From positions 1 through 31,370 of IMG/VR virus record IMGVR_UViG_3300033562_000144: 31,370 bases of DNA; one strand, 5' to 3'. Numbering within the stretch: the first letter of the stretch is position 1; every line of letters starts with the position of its first letter. Source of the DNA: a virus. Lineage: Duplodnaviria > Caudoviricetes. Below the pieces are notes generated by a model that had not been told where the DNA came from, ran no database searches, and saw only the letters and a list, made by a program, of their open reading frames with translations. Both the position numbers and the translations under genes were made by a program. Of this stretch, positions 26,668 to 31,370 are shown one piece after another.

Positions 26668-28412
26668 AGCATCACCCCTCCAGCTTCGCCCATAGTTTCA
26701 GAGAAATTTGCTCCTGCTTCACTCATTGTCTTAGCGACATTGGCCTTATCAAGAGCTGCTTGCGACCCTACCATCTGATCTTGCGCTTGCTGCACACGTT
26801 GTTGTTCCGCTTGCTGAGCAGCGGCTCTATTCGCTCTAACGTTCTTGAGATCTTTGCCTCCAGCAAGATGCTTAGGATTAACTCCCTTTATATCTGCATA
26901 GTCATAAACTATGGAATCGAAGTCCGGTATATCAAGAACGTCCTGCTTATACTGAGCAACAGCCCCAACCATCTGCAAAAACTCATTCACAGGCGCAGCA
27001 GAAAGTGACTTCATCATCTGAGCGAGGATCGAAGTAAGCTCAAGCTCGATAACAGGCTTAACATTCTGATACTCTTCAGGCAACGGGGGCAGCTTTCCTG
27101 CACGATAAAGAAGATTAAAGCTCCTTGTTACTATCGGGGTTATTCCCTCATAAAACATTCTTTCAAGAGTAGGGCCAATACGAATAAACCGTTCTGCGTC
27201 CCAGTTCTGAACCTGAGCTGCTTTTAACGGCGAAGCATTCGGATCACGAGAAGCAGTCAAGAAAACATCGTTGTAGAATATTTCTTGCAGCGTCTTGTCA
27301 AGCGAGTCCTCCATTACAGCAGCGCTACGATGGTCGAACCTAGTATCATAGGCTGATGTGATTATTTGCGCAGGGTCAATATAGTAGTTCATAGCGTCAG
27401 GATAAGTGCGAACTTGACCGCGCATGTGAACAGGAACATTCAACGGTGGCCTAATCGACTTATGATACGCTATGGAATTACTTTTGACTACCTCTTGTAG
27501 TCGTTTTATCGTTGCAACAGCCTCCATCCCTGGACTTGAGCCATACTCATCCGAACCGATTGTATCAAAGCGAGTTGTAGGGTACGGGAACTCGTGCGCT
27601 CCTTCCACATGAAGAAACTCAGGATACTTATTTCCCTTCTTAGGAAACTGGAGATTAACCCCGCCATCGTACTTAGAGTCAGAATCACATTGCAATATGA
27701 AAAAACGAGTAAATGGCATGTCCATGAACTTCTCAGGGACAACGCCTTCTACAACCGTGTACCAATAATCGAGAGTGGCATCTCTACTCTCGTACTTCTC
27801 AAGCAGAGTTTTAGGAAGCTTATCACCAAACTGCTCATACAATTGGTGGAAGTTTTTGAATAGAGTACGGTATAGACGATCAACTATCCCAAACTGGTTA
27901 GTGCCTATGGCATACTCACCAAAAGTTAGAACATGGTAATGGAGAGGTATCTGCTTAGTGCCAGGGCCAACAAAAATAGCCCCAGTACCAAAACCGCAAA
28001 TCTCTTTATAGTAGTTTTTTATAACCCCATAGAAATTTGCGGAACGCATTTCGGACATAAGCGCATGTTTGGCCTCATACAGCCAAACTGTGAGAGGTTT
28101 TATTGCGCGTAACCGACGATCTTTAAAAGACGACTCGAACCAAGGGCGTGTCGAAGGTGTTATCCCCTCTTTCAAAGCAGATATAAGAACCTCAAAAGCT
28201 TGCTTGCCTTTAGGATTTACTATCTTCGGGGATATTATGGTTCGCTTAGGCGGCTTCATAACGCCAAGATTGTATATGCCGCGTCCAGGGAGAAGCCAAT
28301 CGGAAACATTTTGGACTTCTGGTATCCAATCTTCTCTATTGGCTATTAGCTGCTGGTATTCAGCAAGGCGTACATCTACCGTTGCGCCTTTACTATCATC
28401 AAACTTTAGCAT
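26664..28412 (-). CDS. Portal (head-to-tail connector) protein
   Basis: LLPGRG, TP..RPWF, SANFY, GFGTG, YG.SPG, PPL, F.NDVF, GP.LER; start either ATG 28412 or GTG 28421. Confidence 0.92.
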   Translation of the reverse strand: MLKFDDSKGATVDVRLAEYQQLIANREDWIPEVQNVSDWLLPGRGIYNLGVMKPPKRTIISPKIVNPKGKQAFEVLISALKEGITPSTRPWFESSFKDRRLRAIKPLTVWLYEAKHALMSEMRSANFYGVIKNYYKEICGFGTGAIFVGPGTKQIPLHYHVLTFGEYAIGTNQFGIVDRLYRTLFKNFHQLYEQFGDKLPKTLLEKYESRDATLDYWYTVVEGVVPEKFMDMPFTRFFILQCDSDSKYDGGVNLQFPKKGNKYPEFLHVEGAHEFPYPTTRFDTIGSDEYGSSPGMEAVATIKRLQEVVKSNSIAYHKSIRPPLNVPVHMRGQVRTYPDAMNYYIDPAQIITSAYDTRFDHRSAAVMEDSLDKTLQEIFYNDVFLTASRDPNASPLKAAQVQNWDAERFIRIGPTLERMFYEGITPIVTRSFNLLYRAGKLPPLPEEYQNVKPVIELELTSILAQMMKSLSAAPVNEFLQMVGAVAQYKQDVLDIPDFDSIVYDYADIKGVNPKHLAGGKDLKNVRANRAAAQQAEQQRVQQAQDQMVGSQAALDKANVAKTMSEAGANFSETMGEAGGVML

Positions 28413-28767
28413 CTTTTTCACCAGTTAATAGAGATTTTACCGTATCAGGCTCGTCGTCAATAGATGTAAGAATAGTGCCTAGAACTCCTTTGCGCTTTAC
28501 ATCAGAAGCATCAACCTGTTTAGCCAAGCGCTCCTTCAGCTTCTTATTCTCGCTATCATAGTCTACCTTGATAGAAGTAGTTGGCTGAGGTATGCTTGCA
28601 AAAGAGTTCGCTTGCATGGCTTGCATATTCTGCATCATGGCCTGAGTCATCTGGTTCTGCTGCGCAATTGCCCCAGTTACTTGAGCTATATAGCCGCTCA
28701 TATCAGGTTGCGCCGGTTCCGGCTCAGCTACTACCTCGGTCTTTTTCTTATCGCTCTTACCGCCCAT
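28399..28767 (-). CDS. Small virion-associated protein
   Basis: MGG start, RKG...TILT...KSLLTG motif typical of the pre-portal gene; GGAGG RBS. Confidence 0.75.
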   Translation of the reverse strand: MGGKSDKKKTEVVAEPEPAQPDMSGYIAQVTGAIAQQNQMTQAMMQNMQAMQANSFASIPQPTTSIKVDYDSENKKLKERLAKQVDASDVKRKGVLGTILTSIDDEPDTVKSLLTGEKDAKV

Positions 28768-29465
28768 TAAGCACCTCCGAGTTTTCCTTTCTCACCACCG
28801 AGTTTACCCTCTTCATCCTCAAGGTCGCTGCCGAGAAGCTTTGAAAGAACTTTAGAAGGGTCAACAGCACCGCCAGCAGATTTACCTTCCTTATTCTCAA
28901 GTGCTCCTTCAGCTTTCTCGACCCCACGAACTATGTCAAGATCCCACTTATTACCACCAGAACCATATTCGCCCTCAAGGCTAGCGAGCTTACTATCATC
29001 TTGCGCTGACCAGAGCGTAGCAAATACGTTGTTTATACGCTCTTTACGCTGCTCTGGCGTATAACTAAAATCAGCACCGCCAACCTTAGCATAACCCATT
29101 TCTTCAGAAAGCTGAGAATCAACTTTGTCCACAGCGGCGTTAGCAGCAGCAAACTTATTGCTATATAAAGCGTCGATCTGTTGCTCCGCCATTCTGCGAG
29201 CTGCTTCAGCTTGGGATTGAGCTTGCATAGCCGCGTAATCCGGCATCTCTGGCATTTCAAAAGAAGGCATCTCGAATCCAAATCCTTCTTCCTGCTGAGG
29301 AGGCGCGCCCCACTGCCTACCTTCTTTCTGGCCATAGGTCTGATAATGATAATACGGGTTCATACCAGACTGAGCTACGTCAGGGTTGTTCTCCCAGTAT
29401 TGAGCGCCTTCTACTGTAGTAGGCTCGCTCATAACAGCGCTATCACCGCCCTTTTTTCCACCCAT
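28767..29465 (-). CDS. Hypothetical virion-associated protein
   Basis: MGG start; contains YWENNPDVAQSGMNPYYHYQTYGQKEGR motif. Confidence 0.75.
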   Translation of the reverse strand: MGGKKGGDSAVMSEPTTVEGAQYWENNPDVAQSGMNPYYHYQTYGQKEGRQWGAPPQQEEGFGFEMPSFEMPEMPDYAAMQAQSQAEAARRMAEQQIDALYSNKFAAANAAVDKVDSQLSEEMGYAKVGGADFSYTPEQRKERINNVFATLWSAQDDSKLASLEGEYGSGGNKWDLDIVRGVEKAEGALENKEGKSAGGAVDPSKVLSKLLGSDLEDEEGKLGGEKGKLGGA

Positions 29466-29467
29466 TT

Positions 29468-29484
29468 TGACTACCCCGTAGTTG
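29468..29484. repeat. Palindrome copy 13 (over RBS of 232-aa gene)
   Basis: TGACTACCCCGTAGTTG. Confidence 0.9.
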
Positions 29485-29492
29485 AAAATAAA

Positions 29493-29969
29493 TTATAAGC
29501 CTACGCCTACACCGTCTGAGTCCTGACCAAACCCCCCAGGATCTGGAGAGTCTCCGAGTCCAGAAGTAGCGCCACCAACAGAAGATGAGTCGTCTTCTTC
29601 TCCAAGTAGACTACCGAACATATCCGCTATAGATGAAACGAATCCTCTAGGCTTACCTGTCTGAGCGTCTTCTTTCTCTTCTTTTGACCAGCTATAGGCT
29701 TGGTAGCCAGTAGCCAAGCTCGAAAGCGGGTCAGCAGTCATGGCTAAAGACGCAGCAAAAGCAGCAAACCCCCAACCAAGCGCCTTGCCAGTTTCAGGAT
29801 CTACAGCCACACCCTCGTAACTTCTTGCGTTATCTCCACCACTGCTATCTATAGGGGGCGCATTCCTTGCGGCTTCCTGCTTCGCTCGTGTAGCGCTGCT
29901 TACGTACCCTTGAGGGAGAGGAGTTCCACGCTCTACGAATGTACCACTACTCTTCTTGCTTCCACCCAT
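29493..29969 (-). CDS. Hypothetical Gly/Ser-rich protein with a hydrophobic segment
   Basis: MGG start; AAGGAG RBS; ALGWGFAAFAASLAM. Confidence 0.7.
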   Translation of the reverse strand: MGGSKKSSGTFVERGTPLPQGYVSSATRAKQEAARNAPPIDSSGGDNARSYEGVAVDPETGKALGWGFAAFAASLAMTADPLSSLATGYQAYSWSKEEKEDAQTGKPRGFVSSIADMFGSLLGEEDDSSSVGGATSGLGDSPDPGGFGQDSDGVGVGL

Positions 29970-30495
29970 ACGTAAACTCCTTTTTCTGAAGCCTTGTTAG
30001 AAGACCATCACAATGACTATTAGTCTTGGCTATGTAGCATATCTTGTCGAACACGCAAATCTCTTTGTACCCGACAGCTTTTATGAACCGAATCGCCTTC
30101 CTGTTATACACAGGGGTTATACCGAACAGAGTCGATAAATTCTCACCTGTTCTATTATTCGTTTTCCTGAAATACTCGTAGGCTCCAAACCTCGCAATCT
30201 CTATAGTCTCTTTGCCAAAATACTCTGGATGGACGCTAAAATGAACTTGTGCAGTAAGACCGGAAATGTTGTTTATCATGGTATCCGCACAAATTCTCTC
30301 TTTCTCATAATCATATATATTATAACATATATTATCAGAAGATGCAAGCATTTCTTCAATATCTTTTAATTTTGGATCTAAAGTGTCAAACAGCCGATGC
30401 TCAAGAAGTCCAGCCCCAATTATGGCTGTCCAATAATCAACTACACGGTAGTCAAAAAGAGAACAGACCTTTATCATTTTATACTTGTCCATCAC
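29947..30495 (-). CDS. GNAT-fold acetyltransferase-like protein
   Basis: AQVHF.V.PEYFG, LFGITP.YNRKA.RF.K.VGYKE; ATGA overlap with terminase. Confidence 0.7.
   Translation of the reverse strand: MMDKYKMIKVCSLFDYRVVDYWTAIIGAGLLEHRLFDTLDPKLKDIEEMLASSDNICYNIYDYEKERICADTMINNISGLTAQVHFSVHPEYFGKETIEIARFGAYEYFRKTNNRTGENLSTLFGITPVYNRKAIRFIKAVGYKEICVFDKICYIAKTNSHCDGLLTRLQKKEFTYGWKQEE
30438..30454. repeat. Palindrome copy 14 (inside GNAT gene)
   Basis: CAACTACACGGTAGTCA. Confidence 0.9.
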
Positions 30496-31370
30496 ATCTC
30501 CTGATTAAGATAATTTAACGGATCGTATGAATTGTTATCGGCAAGCGCGGCCCTAAGTATAGACATGGCTTCCGAGTCTGATCCTGCTCTGCCCAAGTCC
30601 TCACCAGTTGATAAAGTCTCCATACCGCCACCAGCGAATGTAAGCGCAACAGCGTCCGAGCAGTTAGGAGAACCACCAATAAGCTCAGCTATCTTCTTCT
30701 TGTTCATCAGCTTAATGCGATTGTCAGTGTCAGTCTTATCAAGGTACTGGTTAGTCGATTCCTTCAACAACTTGTCATCATCCGGTACTGAACCGTATTG
30801 TAACCAGTTTTTGTACTCAAGATACATATACGCCCGCTTGTTCGTACATGATGGTTTCGGCGAAGACCCATTGAACCATACCGGAATGACAACATGCTCC
30901 AGCCCTTTAGCTCGAAGTCTCGCTATAACGCCCTCCCCTTGCCCAGCATCTACGTATATCGCGCTCGGCTTCTCTCTTGCGTACTCGTCGGCTATAAAGT
31001 CAGCTTGGTATTGAGAATCTTTCCTAACTATCATAGCTGGTTTAAAGACTATCGGCCCCTTGCGTTTAGCCAAACATGCAGGGTCAGTTGTGTACCCTGG
31101 ATCGTAACCATAAATGAGCGGGTGCTCTCGCGTTCCACCAGGAGGCAATTTCCGCTCCATTGCTAGGTAGTAGTCCTCTGGAGTTATAAGCACCTCGGCA
31201 GTCTTTGCGAAGAAGTTACACTCCATTTCTCTATCATACGACCCCGGCTCTTTTCTCTCCATCAAAGTACGCATCTGACTCTGCTTAGCTTTGTCGAAGA
31301 TCATAGTCTCGGACAACTTAAACATCAAGCTGTTCCACTCAGGAAACTGGGGATCTGATCCGAGCTTATA
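30492..31370 (-). CDS. terL: Terminase large subunit, C-terminal nuclease part (5' truncated by window)
   Basis: REMEC.F, GYDPG, YVDAGQG.GV, V.FNG, NKRA.MY, SPNCSDA.ALTFA; frame stays open to 31370. Confidence 0.9.
   Translation of the reverse strand, partial: YKLGSDPQFPEWNSLMFKLSETMIFDKAKQSQMRTLMERKEPGSYDREMECNFFAKTAEVLITPEDYYLAMERKLPPGGTREHPLIYGYDPGYTTDPACLAKRKGPIVFKPAMIVRKDSQYQADFIADEYAREKPSAIYVDAGQGEGVIARLRAKGLEHVVIPVWFNGSSPKPSCTNKRAYMYLEYKNWLQYGSVPDDDKLLKESTNQYLDKTDTDNRIKLMNKKKIAELIGGSPNCSDAVALTFAGGGMETLSTGEDLGRAGSDSEAMSILRAALADNNSYDPLNYLNQEM

Noticed and set aside
6-30454. Palindromes as CRISPR repeats (resemblance to the Cas12a AATTTCTAC...GTAGAT stem)
   Set aside because: Copies are dispersed kilobases apart with no spacer array or cas gene, and the stem is ACTAC/GTAGT rather than TCTAC/GTAGA
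1-31370. Genome-wide TGA reassignment (code 4/25-like)
   Set aside because: Many genes end in TGA, often in ATGA overlaps, and long genes are intact under code 11; only 8445-8732 needs readthrough
1-31370. tRNA genes (including tRNA-Sec), integrase or att sites
   Set aside because: No intergenic space or cloverleaf seen and no recombinase motif; any UGA-decoding machinery must be host-encoded or outside the window

Overview
Fragment of a short-tailed (podovirus-type) dsDNA phage or prophage of the APSE/BPP-1-like architecture, probably infecting a Gram-negative bacterium. Positions 1-7150 (+) are the replication arm: DUF2815-type SSB, family A DNA polymerase, VRR-NUC nuclease, SNF2 helicase, Zn-ribbon/dATP-dGTP diphosphohydrolase-like protein, SleB-type wall hydrolase. 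It converges at about 7140-7260 with the late arm (-): terminase (truncated at the edge), GNAT-like protein, portal, scaffold, major capsid, tail tubular A/B, three ejection proteins, two paralogous tail fibres and an envelope/lysis cluster. Two signals are absent from the ORF track. (1) A hidden 95-codon gene at 8445-8732 (-) with a prokaryotic phospholipase-A2-like fold has in-frame TGA codons (including a tandem TGA-TGA) at three of four expected Cys positions, with nearby stem-loops. It is a candidate phage-encoded multi-selenocysteine (or UGA-to-Cys recoded) protein, while TGA is a normal stop elsewhere. (2) A 17-bp palindrome YRACTAC-NNN-GTAGTYR occurs at least 14 times, mostly at gene junctions on both arms. 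All family assignments are from motif recognition by eye; no database search was run.
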